Virus record (IMG/VR): IMGVR_UViG_3300022719_000152 | Span: 22,794 to 54,793 of that record | Direction: 5' to 3' (one strand) | Source: a virus | Length of the DNA: 32,000 nucleotides | Shown: in pieces, positions 1 through 5,882 of the stretch | Numbering within the stretch: position 1 is the stretch's first letter | How the letters are laid out: each line of letters opens with the position of its first letter | The notes under the pieces: model-generated | What the model saw: the letters and a program-made list of their open reading frames with translations, nothing else | Told to the model about the DNA's origin: nothing | Database searches by the model: none | Position numbers and translations under genes: made by a program

Positions 1-17
1 TGTGGTCCCCCGGGCAG

Positions 18-203
18 TTACTCCGTGGGCGGGGACTCGATCCCAACAGCTAGGCGCGTTCGCCGGCACAAAGTGGATTCCACGTCGAGTCTTCTGGAGT
101 GTTGCTGGTCGGTCGGTGTGGAGCCCTTCGTATTCCTCTGGAGGGCTTCGGGGATCCCAAGCTCTTCGTAGAGCTTTCGAGCGCCGTCAGTCAGGTATGC
201 CAT
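18..203 (-). CDS. hypothetical protein (61 aa)
   Basis: Last ORF of a leftward chain of overlapping ORFs (17-nt overlap with 187..555). The C-terminal half is low-complexity, so support is weak. Confidence 0.35.
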   Translation of the reverse strand: MAYLTDGARKLYEELGIPEALQRNTKGSTPTDQQHSRRLDVESTLCRRTRLAVGIESPPTE

Positions 204-555
204 CCAAAATCTCTCTGAGCTCCTTGGCGATCTGCCGGAGCTCGCGCCGCGCCTCCACTACGGACATCGTAGCATGCCGGCACGGGCCGTTGGTGCCCAT
301 GCCACCTCGGTGGCCCCAGATGCAGGAGTGATTGCTGCACCGCCGAGACTCCACCATTTCCCTCAACCTGTCGAGAGTTTTGTCACTGTCATCTGCCACC
401 TTTGCCATTGGCTTCCACCTTTCACAGCGCCTGCACTCGAGTGCTCGCTGCCGCCTAGGGAACTGGAGGTCCACCCTGAACTGCTCCACGGGTTTGAGCT
501 CCTTACACTGCCTGCATCGATATCTTTGTTTGACCCTCTTTGTCCCACTTCTCAA
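187..555 (-). CDS. hypothetical Cys-rich protein (122 aa)
   Basis: ORF track. Paired CxxC motifs (CRQC, CRRC). Member of the leftward operon. Confidence 0.55.
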   Translation of the reverse strand: MRSGTKRVKQRYRCRQCKELKPVEQFRVDLQFPRRQRALECRRCERWKPMAKVADDSDKTLDRLREMVESRRCSNHSCIWGHRGGMGTNGPCRHATMSVVEARRELRQIAKELREILDGIPD

Positions 556-589
556 AACGGTACGGCTCCCATTCGAAACACTGGAATTC

Positions 590-772
590 TCATGAATGCC
601 TGTTCCTACTGAACCCGACGGACACCACCCGAAATGGAGACCTCTTGGCTGGCTTCGCTTCTGGCCGCGTAGGCGTTGCAGCAGGTGGCCTGTAGCTGCT
701 CATGCGGTAGTTGTCCCAGGCTAGGCGCTCATCGAGCCGCAGGAAGAAGATGTGGAGCTGTTCTTCAGTCAT
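590..772 (-). CDS. hypothetical protein (60 aa)
   Basis: ORF track. 8-nt overlap with upstream ORF 765..986. Confidence 0.45.
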   Translation of the reverse strand: MTEEQLHIFFLRLDERLAWDNYRMSSYRPPAATPTRPEAKPAKRSPFRVVSVGFSRNRHS

Positions 773-986
773 TTATAGCTTGGCGATCCTCCACAGTCAT
801 CTCGCGCCAGGCCACATCCATCCAGTCCAAAATTTGGTCCTCATCTTTGCCGGCCTGTCGAGCTTCTGCTAGCCGCTCACGCAGGTATCGATAGCACTCT
901 AGCCCAGTCGCAGGTCGGCGAGGTCTCCCTTCCGACGGGTCTGTGTCAAAGTACAAGCCAATTCTGACTCCACAACTTTCATTCAT
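765..986 (-). CDS. hypothetical protein (73 aa)
   Basis: ORF track. 4-nt ATGA-type overlap with 983..1243. Confidence 0.55.
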   Translation of the reverse strand: MNESCGVRIGLYFDTDPSEGRPRRPATGLECYRYLRERLAEARQAGKDEDQILDWMDVAWREMTVEDRQAIND

Positions 987-1243
987 TCGAGCGGCTCCTT
1001 TCTATCGAGCATCCATTGGCAGTTTGCGCACCGGTAGAGGGCCCATTGGCCGGGAACACTCGATGCCCCTGCTTGCCGGCCATCGGTTTGTCGGATGAGT
1101 GTGGAGCTACACCGCGGGCACTCGAGTGCATCTATTTTAGCATCCTCAGCTTTCTCTTTGGCGATGTGCGAGTCAGCTTGTTCTTTGGGCATGCCTATAG
1201 AGAGAAAATGCTTGTGTAGCTGCTGATAGTCACGATCAACCAT
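983..1243 (-). CDS. zinc-ribbon protein (86 aa)
   Basis: CPRC...CANC pair of CxxC motifs. 8-nt overlap with 1236..1616. Confidence 0.6.
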   Translation of the reverse strand: MVDRDYQQLHKHFLSIGMPKEQADSHIAKEKAEDAKIDALECPRCSSTLIRQTDGRQAGASSVPGQWALYRCANCQWMLDRKEPLE

Positions 1244-1616
1244 CGTCTTTCGCTATCTGTAGCCGAGGATTTGGCTCTTTTGGAGGCGCACCTGGAAACT
1301 CGAACCCGTAATCCTTACAGTAGGTAACATAGACATCAAGAGCATGCTCAATACTCTCCTCAGGATCTACATAGACCGGGTACTTGTAGACGAGGGTGTA
1401 ACCCTTGGGGAGGTCAGAGGCAGGTATTGGTGGGACTTCCCACCAAACTTCATCGACAGTGAACTCGAAGGGGTCGTCCCCGCCACCAGTGGAGAGGGAG
1501 AGCTTCATGCCGGGAACAAGCACAGGAGGCATTAGGCAGTCCTCTTCCAATTTAAATAGCACCTTCTTTATTTCGTCATTGACGGTGAGGTGAATTAGCA
1601 GTTCTACGTCATTCAT
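1236..1616 (-). CDS. hypothetical protein (126 aa)
   Basis: First gene of the leftward operon. AGGGAGACC Shine-Dalgarno just upstream of the ATG at 1616. Confidence 0.65.
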   Translation of the reverse strand: MNDVELLIHLTVNDEIKKVLFKLEEDCLMPPVLVPGMKLSLSTGGGDDPFEFTVDEVWWEVPPIPASDLPKGYTLVYKYPVYVDPEESIEHALDVYVTYCKDYGFEFPGAPPKEPNPRLQIAKDDG

Positions 1617-1635
1617 GGTGGTCTCCCTTTCAAAC

Positions 1636-1651
1636 TATGGAATTCTCCATA
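1636..1651. promoter_or_regulatory. operator-like inverted repeat TATGGA-ATTC-TCCATA
   Basis: Lies in the divergent intergenic region 1617-1733. The same half-sites recur at 3218-3232. Confidence 0.45.
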
Positions 1652-1733
1652 GCATAGCTACAGATGAAATTCATAGCCCTAGATTGGGGACAAGGAAGTT
1701 GAAGGAAACTACTAGCTTTTTAACCAAGGAGAT

Positions 1734-2159
1734 TTGAATGTTGGATTTGGTAGAGCGTATTGCTTGGGCCGGAAAGGGTGGAGAGTGATGGACGACGAAA
1801 CATTGGCAGGCGTGCTAGAGCGCAGGACCCGTAAGCCTTCTGAGCTGGAACTTGCAGCCGTGAAAGAGGAGCTTGCCGTCTCCAACCCTATGGAGTTCTT
1901 GGAGCACCACAACAAGAAACCTACTCTACAAACATCACCCTTCGGAGACCTACCAAGCGAAATCCTAGAGCGGGTGAACGCCCACGAAGAGGTACTGGAT
2001 GTGCGCTTCTTTGCTAAGGAGGAATGGAACCGCGGCATGGCCTGGGACACCGTACGCCCGCGCAAGCCTGAGGTTGGGAACCCTTGGCGAAGGATACACA
2101 CACAAAACTACTGGGCCTGGGTAAAGGTGATACCCGTCAAAGGAGATAGCGATGGCTAG
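1734..2159 (+). CDS. hypothetical protein (141 aa; start uncertain)
   Basis: TTG at 1734 sits 4 nt after AAGGAG (1724-1729). An alternative ATG is at 1788 (MDDETL...). Confidence 0.6.
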   Translation: MNVGFGRAYCLGRKGWRVMDDETLAGVLERRTRKPSELELAAVKEELAVSNPMEFLEHHNKKPTLQTSPFGDLPSEILERVNAHEEVLDVRFFAKEEWNRGMAWDTVRPRKPEVGNPWRRIHTQNYWAWVKVIPVKGDSDG

Positions 2160-2394
2160 GATACAAAAGCACCACAAAGAGCTCACCAATGGTGTCGGCA
2201 AGTGCTCTGTGCCCATGTGGCGCGGCGGATTACCCGCAGGATTCTGCGACCAACCTGCCTAGGGGGAACCCCCAGAGTGCAAGATGGTTTATGACCGCCT
2301 TGGCGTACTGGTAAGAGAAGACGGTCGGTACAGCGGCCATGTTCCAGGGCTAGCTTGCGTCCGACATGGTGGCCCGCCAGAAGTGACTTGTTGA
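2152..2394 (+). pseudogene. small Cys/His-rich ORF interrupted by an in-frame TAG at 2260-2262 (readthrough candidate or pseudogene)
   Basis: The ATG at 2152 has AAGGAG 6 nt upstream and overlaps the upstream stop. 36 codons are followed by TAG, then 43 more open codons in the same frame end at TGA 2392-2394, 1 nt before the tRNA. Confidence 0.4.
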
Positions 2395-2395
2395 T

Positions 2396-2472
2396 ACACC
2401 CGTAGCTCAGCTGGATAGAGCATCAGGTTTCTACCCTGAGAGTCGTAGGTTCGAATCCTACCGGGTGTGCCA
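2396..2472 (+). tRNA. tRNA-Arg (anticodon TCT), CCA encoded
   Basis: Hand-folded cloverleaf: acceptor ACACCCG/CGGGTGT, D arm GCTC..GAGC, anticodon stem TCAGG/CCTGA with loop TTTCTAC, T arm GTAGG-TTCGAAT-CCTAC, then G-CCA. Confidence 0.9.
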
Positions 2473-2491
2473 ACACCCTCCATCCATAGAA

Positions 2492-2510
2492 TTCCACCGT
2501 TGTGGTGGAA
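2492..2510 (+). other. hairpin TTCCACC-GTTGT-GGTGGAA downstream of tRNA-Arg
   Basis: Perfect 7-bp inverted repeat 20 nt after the tRNA 3' end. No T-run follows. Confidence 0.4.
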
Positions 2511-2591
2511 GCCCTCATCTACCCCCATTTTCTTAGCCCAAAAAATATACGCACCCTCGCACGCACGCAGATTGAGGGACTCATAGCTGCA

Positions 2592-2682
2592 CCCCCTAAA
2601 AAATGGGGGATGATATTAGGTCCCACTCTGGGAGGCTGGGTATCGCCCCACAAGTAAAATGGGCCTGTAATATTGGGTCCCC
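2592..2682 (+). repeat. imperfect ~35-nt direct repeat (CCCC..AAAATGGG..ATATTRGGTCCC) x2
   Basis: Copies at 2592-2624 and 2645-2682 share AAAATGGG and ATATT(A/G)GGTCCC blocks. The region is noncoding. Confidence 0.45.
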
Positions 2683-2777
2683 TGTCGGCCAGCTTTGCCC
2701 CACCGTAGCGAAACATTTGGCCATAGTTGAACACACAAACCTTCCCACTCAGGCCTGCACAACGTAGTGAGAGAGCT

Positions 2778-3041
2778 ATGGCGGATGAGCTAGAGCGTGA
2801 AGCGGATAAGTTGGCGGCCCGTGTGGAGCGGATGATGGGCCATGAGCTGGTGGGTGGGAAGGCGCAGAAGCTACGGTTGCGGCTGGTGGCCGGCCTCATC
2901 CGGTACCGCTTTGGCGCCAAGGATGCTGCGGCCATGAGGGAGCTACTACGTCTAGCTATACGGGACCTCGCTCGGCTCCACCTCGAGGCGCGCACAAAGA
3001 GCCCGCTCCCCACGACAGCCGATGACCCTAACGAAAACTGA
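2778..3041 (+). CDS. hypothetical protein (87 aa)
   Basis: ATG at 2778 is preceded by GAGAGAG. The ORF track frame is 2727..3041. The TGA stop is part of a TGACCTGGTCA palindrome. Confidence 0.55.
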   Translation: MADELEREADKLAARVERMMGHELVGGKAQKLRLRLVAGLIRYRFGAKDAAAMRELLRLAIRDLARLHLEARTKSPLPTTADDPNEN

Positions 3042-3049
3042 CCTGGTCA
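3039..3049. promoter_or_regulatory. TGACCTGGTCA palindrome
   Basis: Exact palindrome (TGACC-T-GGTCA) overlapping the stop codon of 2778..3041. Confidence 0.5.
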
Positions 3050-3131
3050 CCCATAGCACCGGACACCCCAATAGGGCTGGGGCATAAAAGCGGGCTGCCG
3101 GGGGAGGGTTGTGTGTCGTTGTACACAGAGA

Positions 3132-3195
3132 ATCGTCACGGGGAAAGTACAGAATCTCTGAGGATCGTCACGGGGAGGGTACGGAATCTCTGGGA
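3132..3195 (+). repeat. tandem 32-nt direct repeat x2 (ATCGTCACGGGGARRGTACRGAATCTCTGRGG)
   Basis: Copies 3132-3163 and 3164-3195 are head to tail and differ at about 4-5 positions. The region is noncoding. Confidence 0.7.
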
Positions 3196-3217
3196 TTGGG
3201 AGTGTAGTAAGTGGACG

Positions 3218-3232
3218 TATGGATAATTCCAT
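3218..3232. promoter_or_regulatory. operator-like inverted repeat TATGGA-TAAT-TCCAT
   Basis: Same half-sites and 4-nt spacer as 1636-1651. Lies upstream of the 3318/3381 ORF. Confidence 0.45.
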
Positions 3233-3380
3233 GGTTTGGCTTGGGACTGTAGTGTGTACCTGAATAGTCTACTGGGTTGGTCCAGGTGCTATGGGTACTG
3301 TGTATATGGTGTAATGGATGATAAGTTCGTCGGAGCGGTGTATTCGGCGGCCTTCGAGGAGAATCTGGAGGAGAAAGCGG

Positions 3381-3569
3381 ATGTCTAGTCTAGAGGAGAG
3401 GAAGAAGGCGGCGAACATGGGCCGTAAGGCGGCGCTCGAGTGGGTGGTGGAGTTGTTTGCTGAGGCCTATTTGTGCGCGGCCGCGCTGGACGCTACGGGA
3501 ACAGCGGTGGCGCTCTATGTGGAGGAGCGGGTGAAGAGTCGATTGGCGGACCTCAAGAAAGGGAGCTGA
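3381..3569 (+). CDS. hypothetical protein (62 aa; alternative start 3318)
   Basis: The ATG at 3381 follows GGAGGAGAAAG. The TGA stop lies inside a TGACCTGGTCA palindrome. Confidence 0.55.
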   Translation: MSSLEERKKAANMGRKAALEWVVELFAEAYLCAAALDATGTAVALYVEERVKSRLADLKKGS

Positions 3570-3577
3570 CCTGGTCA
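3567..3577. promoter_or_regulatory. TGACCTGGTCA palindrome
   Basis: Exact copy overlapping the stop codon of 3381..3569. Confidence 0.5.
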
Positions 3578-3618
3578 GGTATAAGGAGGGTGGAGCTGGA
3601 CATGTCGTCTAGCTACTG

Positions 3619-3628
3619 AACCGGAGAA
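3619..3628 (+). promoter_or_regulatory. AACCGGAGAA box (extended RBS-like element)
   Basis: Exact 10-mer, 6 nt upstream of the ATG at 3635. Confidence 0.6.
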
Positions 3629-3634
3629 GCCAAC

Positions 3635-3922
3635 ATGGAGAGTGATGAGCTACTCGAAGAAGCAGCCAAGCGCATACCCATCACGGTGGGGACGACGAAG
3701 CAGCTTATCCGAGATATGAGGCAAGAGATTGAGGTACTGGAGGCCCTGATCAAAGCCTACCAGTCAGTGATGGTCAAAGTAGTCCCCGGTCCTGATGGGA
3801 TGGGCCTTGAAGTACCCCCTACACCCCAGGACATCGCAGGCTGGATTGAGGGTCTTCAGAACGAAGCGTGGGAGTGGGAGAAGAGATACCGTGACTTGCT
3901 TGTGGAGAGAAGGGCTCGATGA
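3635..3922 (+). CDS. hypothetical protein (95 aa)
   Basis: ORF track. AACCGGAGAA box upstream. Confidence 0.7.
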   Translation: MESDELLEEAAKRIPITVGTTKQLIRDMRQEIEVLEALIKAYQSVMVKVVPGPDGMGLEVPPTPQDIAGWIEGLQNEAWEWEKRYRDLLVERRAR

Positions 3923-4167
3923 GCATTGAAGCCGAATGGAAGAAGTTCGTAGCACTAGCCAAGCGCATTGGGGCCAAGCGCAGCTTCATCTCAGAAGGCG
4001 TCTGCAACTCCGTCTGGCTTGATGGGGTGCATGTGAGCTTTGACCGAGAAGAGAGAAGAGCCTATTGGCGCTTCATCAACCCAGAGAACGTCAACATAGC
4101 CACACGACCACGTTGGTTGGATAACGACCTGGTCACCTGGTTCGACACATTGAGAGGAAAAGCATGA
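3919..4167 (+). CDS. hypothetical protein (82 aa)
   Basis: ATGA overlap with the upstream stop. Confidence 0.7.
   Translation: MSIEAEWKKFVALAKRIGAKRSFISEGVCNSVWLDGVHVSFDREERRAYWRFINPENVNIATRPRWLDNDLVTWFDTLRGKA
4126..4135. promoter_or_regulatory. near-copy of the palindrome (cGACCTGGTCA)
   Basis: 10 of 11 positions match. Lies inside the 3' end of 3919..4167, about 30 nt before the next start. Confidence 0.3.
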
Positions 4168-4493
4168 AAGACCAAGAGAAGGTGAAGATATTGGCCGAGG
4201 GCGCCAACAACATGCTGGGAGACTACATTGCGACCAGCCACATATCGGCAAACATGACCAACAACCTCATTGGCATGTGGTTGATCGATGCCCTGCTCAG
4301 GACGGAGACCCTCTCCAAGGAGAATCTCGACTACTTAGAGCGTGAATGCCCGGAGTACCTCGCCGCCGCGAGTGACCCCCGCCTTTCGGATACGGCCAGC
4401 GCTCTGGCGGCCTCTGGGACTCGAAGCAGCATGTTCACCTCCGTGGATATCCGTATGAATACGGCATCCCGGGGCGTTCTGCTGCGAAGTTAA
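4164..4493 (+). CDS. hypothetical protein (109 aa)
   Basis: ATGA overlap with the upstream stop. Confidence 0.65.
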   Translation: MKDQEKVKILAEGANNMLGDYIATSHISANMTNNLIGMWLIDALLRTETLSKENLDYLERECPEYLAAASDPRLSDTASALAASGTRSSMFTSVDIRMNTASRGVLLRS

Positions 4494-4518
4494 GCGATCA
4501 GGGCTTATCTTCGGAGAG

Positions 4519-4812
4519 TTGAGACCTATCTCTGCCGCCGCAAGCTGGACCGGGCGCGCCGTCCCAAGGACACCAGGGAAGTGGGGCTCATGCGACGAGC
4601 TGCTGCCGCCACGCGGTGCGGGTCACGCAAAGGCACAAGAGGCCATCCCTTCGGGCGTGACCGAGCGCCGTATCCAAATCGAGCTGGAGGCCGAGAATCT
4701 CAAAGAGGCCGGGATGCTCCTCCAAGACGAAGCCTCTGAGCTCGAAGACGATGTAGCTGATGAGGAGTGGATGGAGGAACGCGCGGACGCCATGGGTCTC
4801 AACGACGATTGA
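4519..4812 (+). CDS. hypothetical acidic-tailed protein (frame and start uncertain)
   Basis: TTG start with no in-frame ATG until late. Only the C-terminal half (IQIELEAENLKEAG...EEWMEERADAMGLNDD) looks protein-like. Confidence 0.35.
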   Translation: MRPISAAASWTGRAVPRTPGKWGSCDELLPPRGAGHAKAQEAIPSGVTERRIQIELEAENLKEAGMLLQDEASELEDDVADEEWMEERADAMGLNDD

Positions 4813-4832
4813 ATAATGACCGGGTCATTATT
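4812..4832. promoter_or_regulatory. extended palindrome AATAATGACC-G-GGTCATTATT (contains TGACC-G-GGTCA)
   Basis: 10-bp arms that begin at the last base of the TGA stop (4810-4812) of 4519..4812. Could also act as a weak terminator hairpin. Confidence 0.5.
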
Positions 4833-4834
4833 TG

Positions 4835-4852
4835 TGGCACAGTTGGCACAGT
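4835..4852 (+). repeat. perfect tandem 9-mer TGGCACAGT x2
   Basis: Read directly from the sequence in the noncoding region. Confidence 0.6.
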
Positions 4853-4918
4853 TCTGAGGAGCACATGCGTCGTTTGGGCGAATAGAGCCAGTTCTTTAGG
4901 GGGCATTGGGGCAAAAGT

Positions 4919-4958
4919 GCCAGCCTCTCCACAAGCAGCGAGTCAAGGAGAGGCTGGC
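4919..4958 (+). other. 12-bp perfect hairpin GCCAGCCTCTCC / GGAGAGGCTGGC (16-nt loop)
   Basis: Read directly. Part of the ORF-poor structured region 4813-5295. Confidence 0.6.
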
Positions 4959-4959
4959 A

Positions 4960-4988
4960 GGCAAAGGGCTCGCTGAATCACCTTTGCC
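4960..4988 (+). other. 8-bp hairpin GGCAAAGG / CCTTTGCC (13-nt loop)
   Basis: Read directly. Immediately follows the previous hairpin. Confidence 0.55.
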
Positions 4989-5101
4989 AAAAGTTGCCCA
5001 TGGAGAGGCTTGTTCCAATAGCGGCCTCACAACTCCCTATTACACCGGGGATTCAAGGCTCACGCTGATGGTGTTGTAGCAGAGTCTAAAGAGGGTGAAT
5101 A

Positions 5102-5147
5102 GGGCGCGGGCAGCGGAAGTCGTGAGGGATGCTGCCCATGTGCGCCC
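5102..5147 (+). other. 13-bp interrupted hairpin GGGCGC-GGGCAGC / GCTGCCC-atgt-GCGCCC
   Basis: Read directly. A 5-bp hairpin CGAGA/TCTCG follows at 5148-5164. Confidence 0.6.
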
Positions 5148-5226
5148 CGAGAGGGTGATTCTCGACCCCCTACGAAGATATGTTGCCAACCTCCAATTGG
5201 AATGTCTCTTTTTAGCTCGTGAAACA

Positions 5227-5237
5227 TGACCTGGTCA
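5227..5237. promoter_or_regulatory. TGACCTGGTCA palindrome
   Basis: Exact copy about 60 nt upstream of the 5296 start, in a noncoding region. Confidence 0.5.
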
Positions 5238-5295
5238 ACATGGGATAAGCCTTGTAGAGCGGACATTTCGTCTAGCTCGTAACCAAGGAGGGTTC

Positions 5296-5628
5296 GTGGC
5301 ACGTAAGCAATGCGCCAAATGCCCATGGAAGGTCACTACCAACCCCAATGAAATCCCCAACGGGTACTCAGTGCAATTGCATCAGGGGCTGGAGGTCACC
5401 ATCGCAGGAAGAAAGATAAATCCTTCTGGGCCTATACACATCATGGCTTGCCATGAGTCACCTGTGGGCGAAGAGATACCCTGTGCGGGTTGGTTGATGA
5501 ACCAGCTTGGGCCGGGGAACAACATTCCTTTGAGACTGGCGGTGGTGACCAAATGCATCAGCGCCGACGTGGAGCTCGTTGGAGAGCAACACGAAAGACT
5601 TGAAGACACATTACCAACAGGAGAATGA
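5296..5628 (+). CDS. Cys-rich protein, DUF6283-like pattern (110 aa)
   Basis: The GTG start follows AAGGAGGG. Motifs CAKCPW, IPNGY, MACHES and PCAGWL are present. The family name is from memory and unverified. Confidence 0.7.
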   Translation: MARKQCAKCPWKVTTNPNEIPNGYSVQLHQGLEVTIAGRKINPSGPIHIMACHESPVGEEIPCAGWLMNQLGPGNNIPLRLAVVTKCISADVELVGEQHERLEDTLPTGE

Positions 5629-5629
5629 C

Positions 5630-5869
5630 GTGAGCGTAGACTTTAAAAGAGCGCTCAACAAAGCACTCAAAATCAGTACCGTGGATGACGCAATAGAGTT
5701 TATGAACGTAAGGACTGAAGAGCAGAACGCTCAAAGCTTCGTACTTATGCGGAAACACCTTGGCCACACAATGAGTGTCAACGTCATCGTGGCTGATTGT
5801 GGTCACAAATTCCTTGGGCTGGTGTGCCACGACTGTACTGAGATCGTAGGGCACTGGCTAAAACCTTAA
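5630..5869 (+). CDS. hypothetical protein (79 aa)
   Basis: GTG at 5630 is 6 nt after GGAG and 1 nt after the upstream stop. ORF track frame is 5579..5869. Confidence 0.6.
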   Translation: MSVDFKRALNKALKISTVDDAIEFMNVRTEEQNAQSFVLMRKHLGHTMSVNVIVADCGHKFLGLVCHDCTEIVGHWLKP

Positions 5870-5877
5870 CCGGAGAA
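5868..5877 (+). promoter_or_regulatory. AACCGGAGAA box
   Basis: Exact 10-mer, 5 nt upstream of the ATG at 5883. Its first AA is part of the upstream TAA stop. Confidence 0.6.
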
Positions 5878-5882
5878 CAAGC

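Noticed and set aside
20-90. tRNA-like fragment on the minus strand (GGGATCGAGTCCCCGCCCACGGAG resembles a T arm plus acceptor 3' strand)
   Set aside because: I could not fold a complete cloverleaf. The only matching 5' strand gives a 61-nt element with no proper D or anticodon arms. It may be an att-like tRNA remnant, but the evidence is too weak to call. It also lies inside ORF 18..203.
2289-2528. 79-aa minus-strand ORF
   Set aside because: It runs straight through tRNA-Arg (2396-2472) on the opposite strand.
2519-3013. 164-aa minus-strand ORF
   Set aside because: It is Arg/Ser/Ala-rich with non-protein-like composition. It overlaps the repeat region and lies antisense to the better-supported plus-strand ORF 2778..3041, so it is probably a GC-driven shadow ORF.
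3132-3195. Possible CRISPR array
   Set aside because: There are only two directly abutting copies with no spacers, so this is not CRISPR architecture.
4835-4852. Possible sigma-54 promoter (TGGCAC...)
   Set aside because: The spacing between the GG and GC elements is wrong for the TGGCAC-N5-TTGC consensus. I report it only as a tandem 9-mer.
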